Assembly: GCA_046290225.1 (NCBI GenBank)
Contig: JBKAGE010000065.1
Coordinates: 1-43,747 of the forward strand
Direction: 5' to 3'
Length of the DNA stretch: 43,747 bases
Origin: Bradymonadia bacterium
Lineage (GTDB): Bacteria; Myxococcota_A; Bradymonadia; UBA7976; UBA1532
Positions within the stretch are counted from its first letter, which is position 1. Each line of letters starts with the position of its first letter. Under the pieces are notes generated by a model that did not search any database, was not told the origin of the DNA, and saw nothing but the letters and a program-made list of their open reading frames with translations. A program made the translations under genes and the position numbers. Of this stretch, positions 18,557 through 27,250 are shown piece after piece.

Positions 18557-19700
18557 AGAGGGAGGACAAGAACCCGCCCTTCTTCGCCTCGCTCTTCTCC
18601 TGCTTGAAGGGGCAGGCCTCGATCACGCCGTCGGCGAGCTTCAAGAAGGCCGCCGCCTGAGGGCTGTCGGGCATCGTCTCCGTCACCGGCTTGCCGTTGT
18701 CGCCGCCGCGCTGGATATCGACGTCGATGGGCACCTGCGCCAGCAGCTTCACCCCGTTCTTCTCCGCCATCTTCTCCGTGGTGCCCTCGTTGAACACGTA
18801 CTCCTCGTGGCCACAGTTACGGCACACGTAGCTGCTCATGTTCTCCACGAGGCCCAGGACCGGGGTGTCCACCTTGCGGAACATCTGCAGGCCCTTCACC
18901 GCGTCGACGAGGGCCAGCTCCGAAGGCGTGGTCACGATGACCGCCCCGGTGATGGGGGCCGACTGCGTCAGGGTGAGCTGAGCGTCGCCGGTGCCCGGAG
19001 GCAGGTCGATCACGAGGTAGTCCAGCTCGCCCCAATCCACGTCGTCGAGGAACTGCTTCACCACCGAGCCCACGATGGGCCCGCGCCAGATGACCGGCGT
19101 GTCGTCGTCGACGAGGAAGCCGATCGACATCACCTTCATGTCGTAGGCCTCTACCGGCTGGAACCGCTTTTGATCTGCCGTCACGCCGGGCTTGGCGTTG
19201 GGCACCCCCAACAGGATCGGCATCGAGGGGCCGTAGATGTCGATGTCGAGCACGCCCACCCGAGCCCCGCGGCGCTTCAGGGCTACGGCGAGGTTTGCTG
19301 ACACCGTCGACTTGCCCACCCCACCCTTGCCCGAGGCCACGGCGATCACGTTCTGCACGCCGGGGAGCACGCGGCCGGCCTGCTGGGCCGTACCACCTGC
19401 CCGGGCGTTCGACTGCGAGGGGCTCACCCCGCCGGGGCCGCTCGGATCAGCGACGCGGCCGCCCTCCACCACGATGTCCACTGTGGCCTCTTCGATGCCC
19501 TCGAGGGCCACCAGGGCGTTGTAGACTGTGTCTTCGATGGTGTGGCGGGTCTCTTTGTCGACGTCTTTGAACTTGAGGACCACGATGGCCTCGGTGCCGT
19601 CGAGATCCACCTCGGAGACCACACCGGCCTCGATGAGGCTGGCGGAGCCATCAGGGGCGGGAATGTCGGCGAGGGCTGCGCGAATGCGTTCGATACTCAT
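18546..19700 (-). CDS. apbC: Mrp/NBP35 (ApbC) Fe-S carrier ATPase
   Basis: ASGKGGVGKST, DIDIYGPS, IWRGP, DLPPGTGD and ENMSSYVCRNC. Confidence 0.93.
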   Translation of the reverse strand: MSIERIRAALADIPAPDGSASLIEAGVVSEVDLDGTEAIVVLKFKDVDKETRHTIEDTVYNALVALEGIEEATVDIVVEGGRVADPSGPGGVSPSQSNARAGGTAQQAGRVLPGVQNVIAVASGKGGVGKSTVSANLAVALKRRGARVGVLDIDIYGPSMPILLGVPNAKPGVTADQKRFQPVEAYDMKVMSIGFLVDDDTPVIWRGPIVGSVVKQFLDDVDWGELDYLVIDLPPGTGDAQLTLTQSAPITGAVIVTTPSELALVDAVKGLQMFRKVDTPVLGLVENMSSYVCRNCGHEEYVFNEGTTEKMAEKNGVKLLAQVPIDVDIQRGGDNGKPVTETMPDSPQAAAFLKLADGVIEACPFKQEKSEAKKGGFLSSLFKR

Positions 19701-19806
19701 GAGGGATCACCCGGTGTGATAAAGAGGCTGGTGCCAGAGGGTTTGTGACAGAAGGTTTGTGGCCGTGACGCCCTTGAAGATGCAAGACAGCACCCAAACG
19801 CTTCGA

Positions 19807-20046
19807 TCAGAAACCGAAGACCTGATCTACAGTCGTAGCTTCGAGCAGACGATCAAGACATTCATCCAAGCTGTCTTTCGAGCCGATACGAATACGACCT
19901 CTGGCTTCTGAGGTGACGCTCCCGAACTTCTTCTCGATCAGGCGGGTCAGAATCTCCTGCCTGATGCGAACCTCGGGATCACCCTTGGCAGCAGAGTTCC
20001 ATTGATCGGCGAGGGACTTCATCTTGGTCTTGCCATATTCGGCCAT
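19807..20046 (-). CDS. small DUF4351-like protein (resembles the C-terminal tail of Rpn/PD-(D/E)XK proteins)
   Basis: Strong RBS GGAGGTG. ILTRLIEKKFGSV...RIRIGSKDSLDECLDRLLEATTVDQVF matches the L-x-R-x-L-x-x-R/KFG...L...ll-A-sleevF pattern. Confidence 0.7.
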   Translation of the reverse strand: MAEYGKTKMKSLADQWNSAAKGDPEVRIRQEILTRLIEKKFGSVTSEARGRIRIGSKDSLDECLDRLLEATTVDQVFGF

Positions 20047-20207
20047 GGCTCACCTCCATCGGGCGCGTCGGTTCGATGACAGCGACAGCATGACGACTTT
20101 CGTCATGGGTCTGTCTGATGACGGCGGGGAGGATGCCATGCAATTCAGGACTTGGAAACCGGTGCGCATCGAGTGGTGCGCCGGACAGCGCGAGAGGGGA
20201 TGGGCGC

Positions 20208-20846
20208 ATGCGCAAGCGCATTGGTGATTTGTTGGTGGACTCGGGCATCATCGACGGAGAGACCTTGAAGGATGCCCTCGCCGAGGCCGCACGAGGCGGC
20301 CGGCGACTCGGTGAGATTCTACTCACCAACGGCTATTGCACTGAAGACGACATCATTCGGGCGCTCTCCGACCAGCATCGGATCCCCGTGGCCCCCCTCG
20401 GTGGCATGGCGAGCATCCCCAGCGAGGTGCAGGACCTGATCCCACGCTCGGTGGCGATCTCCCGGCAGGTGCTGCCCTTGCGTATGGAAGACGAAGTGCT
20501 CGTGGTGGCCATCGCAGATCCGTCGTCTTTCGATCTCGTCGACGAGCTGCGCTTCGTCACAGGTCACCCGATTCGCCCCATGGTGGCGGGCATCGAAGAG
20601 CTGAGGCTGGCCATCGACCGCCTCTACCCCGAGGACGACCAGACCTTCACCCCCACGAGCGACGATCCGGAGAACGAGACCGAGGCGCTCCGACGTGAGG
20701 TGGAGCGCTTGAGTGCTCGGGTCGAGGATCTCACGCGTCGGCTTGATGACGCTGCCGCAGCACATCATGCCCTGCTCGATGCTCTGGAGAACTCTGGTGT
20801 GCTCCGTGCGCCGACACTTCCCCCTGAGGCTTCCAGCGAAGGATGA
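20208..20846 (+). CDS. stand-alone MshEN / T2SSE_N domain protein (likely c-di-GMP receptor) with C-terminal coiled coil
   Basis: Tandem motifs RIGDLLVDSGII...L..AL and RLGEILLTNGYC...IIRALSDQ, then VLPL...LVVAIADP...DELRFVTG. No ATPase domain. Confidence 0.85.
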   Translation: MRKRIGDLLVDSGIIDGETLKDALAEAARGGRRLGEILLTNGYCTEDDIIRALSDQHRIPVAPLGGMASIPSEVQDLIPRSVAISRQVLPLRMEDEVLVVAIADPSSFDLVDELRFVTGHPIRPMVAGIEELRLAIDRLYPEDDQTFTPTSDDPENETEALRREVERLSARVEDLTRRLDDAAAAHHALLDALENSGVLRAPTLPPEASSEG

Positions 20847-20865
20847 CCCCAAAATCTCAAGAGGG

Positions 20866-20940
20866 TTTTCCACACCCCCCCGAGGCATGATCCGTAGTCT
20901 TTTCAAGACCTTTCGTGTAGAACGCTCAAGCTGTGGATAA
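20866..20940. promoter_or_regulatory. two DnaA-box consensus matches
   Basis: TTTTCCACA (20866-20874) and TGTGGATAA (20932-20940), followed by an AT-rich tract. Confidence 0.45.
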
Positions 20941-21055
20941 CTTTGTAAGCCTCTGGAATTGCTTAAAAAATAGGTGCAAAAATTTGGTGGATGCTGCCGA
21001 TGGATCATATAACCGATGCATCGACAGCGAGCGTTTGAAGAAAGGCTGAGTGGTC

Positions 21056-21400
21056 ATGAAGAAACGCGACATCCGGACGGCGACCACCACCGTCACCACC
21101 ACCGAGCAGATCACCGAGCACGTCACCGAGCAGGTCGACGTAGAGCCCCTTACCGCAGAAGAAGAGCGCGTACTGCGCATGCGGTCGGGTGTGAGCGTGC
21201 CTGATGATGCGCCTCTACATAACAAGCTCGATACCATCGAGAACCCTCTGGCACGGGCCGATGCAGCCGAGCGTATTCGGCTCATCGAGTACATGGCCAT
21301 GGAAGAGATCAAGGCGCGCATGGCGGCCGTCGAGGCCCGCCCCAGCGTGAACGAGGCCCGCAAGCAGCGGATCGTCTCCGCGCTGCAGAAGAAAGACTGA
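21056..21400 (+). CDS. small protein resembling an isolated sigma-70 region 4
   Basis: LTAEEERVLRMRSG resembles region 4.1 (LTPREEKVLRMRFG) and AERIRLIEYMAMEEIK resembles region 4.2 (RERIRQIEAKALRKLR). A GC hairpin follows at about 21405-21426. Confidence 0.7.
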   Translation: MKKRDIRTATTTVTTTEQITEHVTEQVDVEPLTAEEERVLRMRSGVSVPDDAPLHNKLDTIENPLARADAAERIRLIEYMAMEEIKARMAAVEARPSVNEARKQRIVSALQKKD

Positions 21401-21544
21401 GATCGCCCCTCGCCCGATCGAGGGGCTGCCCTGACCAGTTCAGTGGCCATGGCCATCTCATCTGTCACCTCTGTGGTCACAGGATCTGGCTCAATTTGAG
21501 CCTCTCATACCTCTAAAAGCTCCAGTTCACCCATCGCATCACTG

Positions 21545-21559
21545 CGGCACGATGTTTGC
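21545..21559 (+). promoter_or_regulatory. candidate sigma-54 -24/-12 promoter
   Basis: CGGCACG-ATGT-TTGC with GG-N10-GC spacing, 70 bp upstream of the vWA gene. Confidence 0.45.
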
Positions 21560-21628
21560 CAGTGTGGGATTTCCTTATCATCCACGCTTGCGTACACTGT
21601 ATGGCGTGGTAGGTGAACAGGAGGCTTT

Positions 21629-24346
21629 ATGCGTCATTTCATTCATGCGTTGACGCTCTTCGCCGTGGCTTTGGGACTCACCAGCCAGGCGCACGCCCAG
21701 TACGAACCCCGAGTGTTGGTGATCTTCGACACCTCGGGCTCAATGCTCTGGGATTATGAGGGGACTGGGGATTGCTGGGGCGATGGCAGCCTCGAATTCC
21801 CGCACCGTAACGGCTGCAATCTCGGCAGCAAGATGTTCCACGCCAAGGAAGCCCTGGCCACCATCGTCGAGGGCGCGCCTGACGTGGAGTTCGGCCTGAT
21901 GCGCTATGGGCAGCTTGAGCCCGGTGACGCAGGCTTCGGCGAGCTGCAGAACCTCGTCGGCGCGCAGTACCGCGACGCCGCGGGGAACATCGAGGCCACC
22001 AACTACGATGGCTCCACCAACGGCTGTGGCCCTGCAGACATGCTCGTCGACCCGAACGGGTTCTCCAACGACGACGTGATGCTCTGGCTCGACCGCTCGG
22101 AGAACTACCCGAACGATCCCGAGCTGCGGTCCAACGGCTTCACCCCCCTGACTTTCTCCATGGAGACGGCCCGGCAGGAGCTGGTCCGCATCATCTCCAA
22201 CGATCCCAACGCCAGCTGCCGTCCGTACTTCGTGCTGCTGCTCACCGACGGGTTCCAGCAGTGCCCCGCAGCGCAGTCTCAGGATCGCGAAGACGTGGCC
22301 GCCGAGCTCTTCGCCCGTACCCTGGGTCTTCGGGCCCTCTCGGTGATGGGTGAGCTGCACGACGTGCGCACCTTCGTGGTGGGCTTCGGCCGTGGCACCG
22401 CCTTCGTCACCGAGCTCGACGCCATGGCCCGGGCCGGCGGCACGGCGGTGAACGCCCAGGGCAACCTCGACGTGTTCAACGGCACTGCCTACCAGGCCAA
22501 CGATCCCGAGGGCCTGGTGGCTTCGCTGCAGGGCGCCATCGACAACGCCCAGCTGCGCGAGCTGTGCGACGGCGTGGACAACGACTGTGATGGCCGCGTG
22601 GACGAGGACTTCCCGTTGCTCGGCCAGGGTTGCAGTGTGGGTCAGGGGCTCTGTACTCGGAACGGCGTGGGTCAGTGCAGCGACGACGGCGAGCGGGTGG
22701 AGTGTTCGGTTGAGGCCTTCCCCGGCACCCCCGAGCAGTGTGACGATCTGGACAACGACTGCGACGGCACCACCGACGAGGGCGTGCGCAACCGCTGCGG
22801 CGCCTGTGGCCCCGAGCCCGCCGAGATCTGCAACAACCGCGACGATGACTGCGATGGTGCCACCGACGAGGGCACCCGCAACGCCTGTGGCGAATGCGGC
22901 CCGTTGCCTCGAGAGGTCTGCAACAGCCGGGATGACGACTGCGACAACCGCGTAGATGAGGGCACCCTCAACGCCTGTGGCGTGTGCGGCGACAACCCCG
23001 TCGAGGTCTGCAACTGCGAGGACGACGACTGCGACAACCGCATCGACGAGGGCCTCAACTGCGGCCGGGACTGTGATTGCGATCCCGCCGCCGGCGGTGA
23101 GATCTGCAACGGTCGCGATGACGACTGCGACCTGGAGATCGACGAGGGCTCACTCAACCGCTGTGGTCAGTGTGGTCCCGAGCCCGAGGAGATCTGCAAC
23201 GGCCTCGATGATGACTGCGACGGCAGCCTCGATGAGGGCTTCCCGAACCAGAACATGACCTGTGGCACCGATGAGGGCATCTGCGAGTCGGGCATCTGGC
23301 GCTGCGTCGACGGCTCCGAGCTCTGCGTGGGGGCCATCGAGCCCATGCAGGAGATCTGTGACGGCCAGGACAACGACTGTGATGGTCGCGCCGACGAAGA
23401 CGCCTTCAACATGTGCGGTTACTGCGGGAACCTGCCCGACGACATCTGCGACAACATCGACAACGACTGCGACAACGATCTCGACGACGATCCGCAGTGC
23501 CCCACGGGCTTGGGCTGTGTGAACGGCGAGTGCGCCCCTGCCTGCGAGGCTGGTGAGTGCTTCGGTGATCGCGTCTGTGTCGAGGGTCAGTGCGTGACCC
23601 CCTGCTTCAACACCGACTGCCCCACGGGCTGGGTCTGTCAGGACGGCGTGTGTGCGGATCCGTGTGGCGAGATTCAGTGCCCCACGGGCACTTACTGCAC
23701 CCTCGGCGAGTGCATCGCCGACGATTGTTACAACCTGCTCGGCGACGCCGCCTGCCCCAACGGTGAGGTCTGTGACGACGGCATCTGCCTGCCCGATGCC
23801 TGCGCTCAGGCGAACTGCCCCGATGGTGTGGGCTGCCTCGACGGCGAGTGCTTCCCCGGCGAGTGCGTTGAAAACGCCGACTGCCCCGAGGGCCTGGCCT
23901 GTGTGAACGGCCGCTGCGCCGACGACCCCTGCGCCCGGGTGACCTGTGCTTTCCCGCTGGTGTGCCAGAACGGCCAGTGTGTGGGTGATCCGTGCTTCGA
24001 GGTGCCTTGCCCCGTGGGCCACATCTGCGTCGAGGGTGCCTGCGTCGACGACCCTTGCATGAGCATGATCTGCCCCGAGGGCCAGACCTGTCACCGGGGC
24101 CGCTGTCACGGTGGCGGCGGTGGCAACCTCGGCCCCCGACCCGACATGGGCGTGGGTGGTGGTGGCGACGGCGCAGACATGGGCAACCCTATGCGTCAGA
24201 ACGATGCCGAGCCTCTCGACAGCACGGGCAACCCCATCATCAGCGGGGCCAACGGTTGCGACTGTGAGGTCGGCCGTCCGAGCCCCGTGGGCGGGGTCGG
24301 TTTGATTTTGCTCGCGCTCATGGGCATCATGCGCCGCCGACGCTGA
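21629..24346 (+). CDS. cell-surface vWA-domain protein with MopE-type Cys/Asp repeats, Cys-rich repeats and a MYXO-CTERM-like tail
   Basis: Signal peptide, MIDAS DTSGS...TP...LLTDG, nine (E/D)xCxxxD(N/D)DCD repeats, and C-terminus GCDC...LILLALMGIMRRRR. Confidence 0.85.
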   Translation: MRHFIHALTLFAVALGLTSQAHAQYEPRVLVIFDTSGSMLWDYEGTGDCWGDGSLEFPHRNGCNLGSKMFHAKEALATIVEGAPDVEFGLMRYGQLEPGDAGFGELQNLVGAQYRDAAGNIEATNYDGSTNGCGPADMLVDPNGFSNDDVMLWLDRSENYPNDPELRSNGFTPLTFSMETARQELVRIISNDPNASCRPYFVLLLTDGFQQCPAAQSQDREDVAAELFARTLGLRALSVMGELHDVRTFVVGFGRGTAFVTELDAMARAGGTAVNAQGNLDVFNGTAYQANDPEGLVASLQGAIDNAQLRELCDGVDNDCDGRVDEDFPLLGQGCSVGQGLCTRNGVGQCSDDGERVECSVEAFPGTPEQCDDLDNDCDGTTDEGVRNRCGACGPEPAEICNNRDDDCDGATDEGTRNACGECGPLPREVCNSRDDDCDNRVDEGTLNACGVCGDNPVEVCNCEDDDCDNRIDEGLNCGRDCDCDPAAGGEICNGRDDDCDLEIDEGSLNRCGQCGPEPEEICNGLDDDCDGSLDEGFPNQNMTCGTDEGICESGIWRCVDGSELCVGAIEPMQEICDGQDNDCDGRADEDAFNMCGYCGNLPDDICDNIDNDCDNDLDDDPQCPTGLGCVNGECAPACEAGECFGDRVCVEGQCVTPCFNTDCPTGWVCQDGVCADPCGEIQCPTGTYCTLGECIADDCYNLLGDAACPNGEVCDDGICLPDACAQANCPDGVGCLDGECFPGECVENADCPEGLACVNGRCADDPCARVTCAFPLVCQNGQCVGDPCFEVPCPVGHICVEGACVDDPCMSMICPEGQTCHRGRCHGGGGGNLGPRPDMGVGGGGDGADMGNPMRQNDAEPLDSTGNPIISGANGCDCEVGRPSPVGGVGLILLALMGIMRRRR

Positions 24347-24360
24347 TCCCAGGAGGCCCC

Positions 24361-24723
24361 ATGGCCGACACGCCCGCCCCGAAGCTGCCCCTCAAGTCCC
24401 CCCGAAGCATCACCGGTGCTCAGCGCCGAGCGCTCCGCGCCCTGGGCCATCACCTGAAGGTGATCGTGCACGTGGGGCAGCGGGGGGTGAGCGAGCAGGT
24501 CATCGCCGCCGCCGCCGAGGCCCTCGAGCACCACGAGCTCATCAAGATCTCCACCCTGCGGGATGGCCCGGTGGGCCACAAAGAGGCGCCTCATCTGCTC
24601 GCCGACGCCGTGGGCGCCCATGTGGCCCAGATCGTGGGCCGTACGGCGCTGCTCTACCGCCGTCACCCTGAAGATCCTCAGGTGAAGATCCCCGGCGCCA
24701 TCGATATGGGGGATCCCTCGTGA
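24361..24723 (+). CDS. yhbY: YhbY/CRM-domain RNA-binding protein
   Basis: ITGAQRRALRALGHHLK...VGQRG...HELIKI...QIVGRTALLYR. Confidence 0.9.
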   Translation: MADTPAPKLPLKSPRSITGAQRRALRALGHHLKVIVHVGQRGVSEQVIAAAAEALEHHELIKISTLRDGPVGHKEAPHLLADAVGAHVAQIVGRTALLYRRHPEDPQVKIPGAIDMGDPS

Positions 24724-25331
24724 TTCTTCAGGTCGATCAGCGCTATCCGGCACCTCGCCGGATCGAGCGGGTGGTGACGTTCCTCAAGGACAATGGGGTG
24801 ATCGCCATCCCCACCGACACCACCTATGCGCTGGCATGCTTGCCCGACAACAAGGCGGCGGTGCAGCAGCTCATGAGCTTGCGTCGGCTCGACCCCAAGA
24901 AGTCGCTGGCGCTGGTGTTTCGCGATCTGAAGCACGTCTCCGAGTACGCCGTGGTGGACGATCAGGCCTTCCGCCTGCTCAGGCGCCTGCTGCCGGGGCC
25001 TTACTGCTTTATCCTCGAGGCCAACCGTAAACTGCCCCGTATGATCGGCGACAACCGCAAGCGCATCGGCGCCCGCGTACCCGACAACGTGGTGGTACAG
25101 GCCATCATCGATGCTGTAGGCATGCCCCTCATCGTCACCAGCGCCATCGACCCCGACAGTGAGACCAACCTGGTCGATCCGTGGTCGGTGGAGGCCACCT
25201 TCGGCCATGGCCTCTCTGCGGTCATCGATGCCGGTGACGTGCCCGGCCAGTTCTCTTCTGTGGTCGATCTGACCGCCGACGGCCCGGAGATCGTCCGGGC
25301 CGGCCTCGGAGATGTCTCGATCTTCGAGTGA
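24720..25331 (+). CDS. Sua5/YciO/YrdC family protein (YciO-like)
   Basis: GVIAIPTDTTYALAC, LLPGPYCFIL, IGARVPD, VTSA and SSVVDL...IVRAG. Confidence 0.9.
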   Translation: MILQVDQRYPAPRRIERVVTFLKDNGVIAIPTDTTYALACLPDNKAAVQQLMSLRRLDPKKSLALVFRDLKHVSEYAVVDDQAFRLLRRLLPGPYCFILEANRKLPRMIGDNRKRIGARVPDNVVVQAIIDAVGMPLIVTSAIDPDSETNLVDPWSVEATFGHGLSAVIDAGDVPGQFSSVVDLTADGPEIVRAGLGDVSIFE

Positions 25332-25528
25332 GTCGCGCTCATACATCAGCGCGCGCCCTGGCCCGGTGCCCTGTTACATGAGAACCCGTAAACCATTTTG
25401 CGTCTTTTTGTATTTGGTTTTCGTGTTTTGAGCGGGTGGAGATGAACCTCCCTCATGCTGGCATTGCAGTGCACCGATAGTCCGCTTGTGGGTCAGCAGG
25501 TAGGGCCTGTGTGTCTTGTGCAGAGGCA

Positions 25529-26530
25529 ATGGCAGATATGAGCATCTTCGAATCGGCAGAGTTGCTGCTGACAGCTGCGTCCATGACGGAGCATCAGGAT
25601 AGACGGGCGTTGGAGCAGAGCCTGCTCAGCGCTCTGATGGAGTTTTTGCCCATTGGTCGGGCGGCGATTTACACGGTGCTGTCCAGCAGTGGCGGCATGC
25701 GACTGAGCTGTCGTTTACAAGAGATTGCCGATGGCACCCCCTCACACCGTGCTGAGGCGGTTGAGGAGTTGCCTGAGGGTCTCAAGGCATGCCTGAAAGG
25801 CGTCGAGGTTGATGCGCCCGACTTCATGGGACGGGCGACCCGTTGGTTTCCGATGATGGTGGGCCCGCGGGCAGAGGCCTTACTCGCCATCCGACCTGAC
25901 GATGGCGTCGAGTTCGACCCCATGATCGTCAGGGCCATGGTGCGCATCTGCACCAACTACCTCTCGGTGCTCGATCGCAGTCAGCGTGACACCCTCACAG
26001 GCTTGCTCAATCGCCAGACGTTCGACGATCAGCTGCTCAGGCTCAGCGGTCATGAGCGCGCGGACTCGGAGCAGGGCCGCTGGCTCGCGGTCCTCGACAT
26101 CGATCACTTCAAGCGCATCAACGACACCTATGGCCACCTGTACGGAGATGAGGTGTTGATCTTGATGGCCCGCCTGATGGACGAGTGCTTCCGCGGGGCC
26201 GATCTGAAGTTTCGCTATGGTGGCGAGGAGTTCGTGGTGTTGCTCGCCACCTCGACCGTGGACGGCGCGTGTATGGCTTTGGAGCGCTTCCGCGCCCTGG
26301 TGGAAGGCTACGATTTTCCTCAGGTGGGCAAAGTCACCGTCAGCATCGGTGCCACTCGTCTCCGCAATACAGGCAACATTCACGAGATCTTCAGCTGCGC
26401 AGATCAGGCGCTCTATTTTGCCAAAGAGCATGGGCGCAATCAGATCTGCGTCTATGAACACCTCGTGGCTTCGGGGGCTCTGGTGCCCAAAGCCAAGACG
26501 GCTGACTCAGGGGACATCGAGCTCTTCTGA
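25529..26530 (+). CDS. diguanylate cyclase (GGEEF) with N-terminal sensor region
   Basis: DTLTGLLNR, DIDHFKRINDTYGH, and an RGAD I-site five residues before GGEEF. Start uncertain (25511, 25529 or 25538). Confidence 0.92.
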   Translation: MADMSIFESAELLLTAASMTEHQDRRALEQSLLSALMEFLPIGRAAIYTVLSSSGGMRLSCRLQEIADGTPSHRAEAVEELPEGLKACLKGVEVDAPDFMGRATRWFPMMVGPRAEALLAIRPDDGVEFDPMIVRAMVRICTNYLSVLDRSQRDTLTGLLNRQTFDDQLLRLSGHERADSEQGRWLAVLDIDHFKRINDTYGHLYGDEVLILMARLMDECFRGADLKFRYGGEEFVVLLATSTVDGACMALERFRALVEGYDFPQVGKVTVSIGATRLRNTGNIHEIFSCADQALYFAKEHGRNQICVYEHLVASGALVPKAKTADSGDIELF

Positions 26531-27250
26531 GTCGGCGATGGCCTCGATCGCCGCAGACTGAGTGATGGCTTCTTCCACGGTCATCAGTGGCGCTGCCATC
26601 CGAATCACGAAGTCACCGACGTAGATGCGATCATTGGCTTTGATGACCGTAGGGGCGCTGATCTTGCGGCCGTTGAGGTAGGTGCCGCAGCCGCTCTTGT
26701 GATCGACGATGACCGCTTTGCCCTCATGGGCGACGAGTCGGAAGTGTCGCTTGCTGACATTGGGTTTGCTCAGGGCGATGTCGTTGCCCCATACGCGCCC
26801 CACAGTCAGCTCGTCTTTGCGAAAGACCATGATCTCTTCGCCGCTGCCCTTTTCGGAGATCGCCAGAGTCCATTGCCATGTGGGCCAGCCCTCGAAGGGG
26901 CGGGGCGGCTCTGGTCGAGTCACGTGCGCCTCGCCACGGCTCAGGCATCGCACCGTGCACTCGCCGAGCATGATGATGTCACCGGGCCACAACAGTGCCC
27001 GTTTGTTGACACGGCGCCCGTTGACCCAGGTGCCTTGCGCTGTACCAGCATCTGCGATGGTGTACCGCTCGCCCATGGCCTGCACGGTGGCGTGATGGGG
27101 GGCCACGCTGGGGTGGTCGATCTGCAGGTGCGGGGCGTCGGAGGGGGCTTCGGCGCTGCGGCCGAGGGTGAGCGGGCCCTCGATGGGCTGTTGTTGCCAC
27201 TGATGATGCATGCCAGGGCGCAGCCACGAGAGGGCGAGGGGCTCACTCAT
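26507..27250 (-). CDS. tandem FHA-domain protein
   Basis: LGR...SVAPHHA...GTWVNG and VGR...NVSKRH...GTYLNG. Confidence 0.85.
   Translation of the reverse strand: MSEPLALSWLRPGMHHQWQQQPIEGPLTLGRSAEAPSDAPHLQIDHPSVAPHHATVQAMGERYTIADAGTAQGTWVNGRRVNKRALLWPGDIIMLGECTVRCLSRGEAHVTRPEPPRPFEGWPTWQWTLAISEKGSGEEIMVFRKDELTVGRVWGNDIALSKPNVSKRHFRLVAHEGKAVIVDHKSGCGTYLNGRKISAPTVIKANDRIYVGDFVIRMAAPLMTVEEAITQSAAIEAIADSEELDVP

Noticed and set aside
25458..25475. Sigma-54 promoter before the GGDEF gene
   Set aside because: TGGCATTGCAGTGC has GG-N9-GC spacing, not the required N10.
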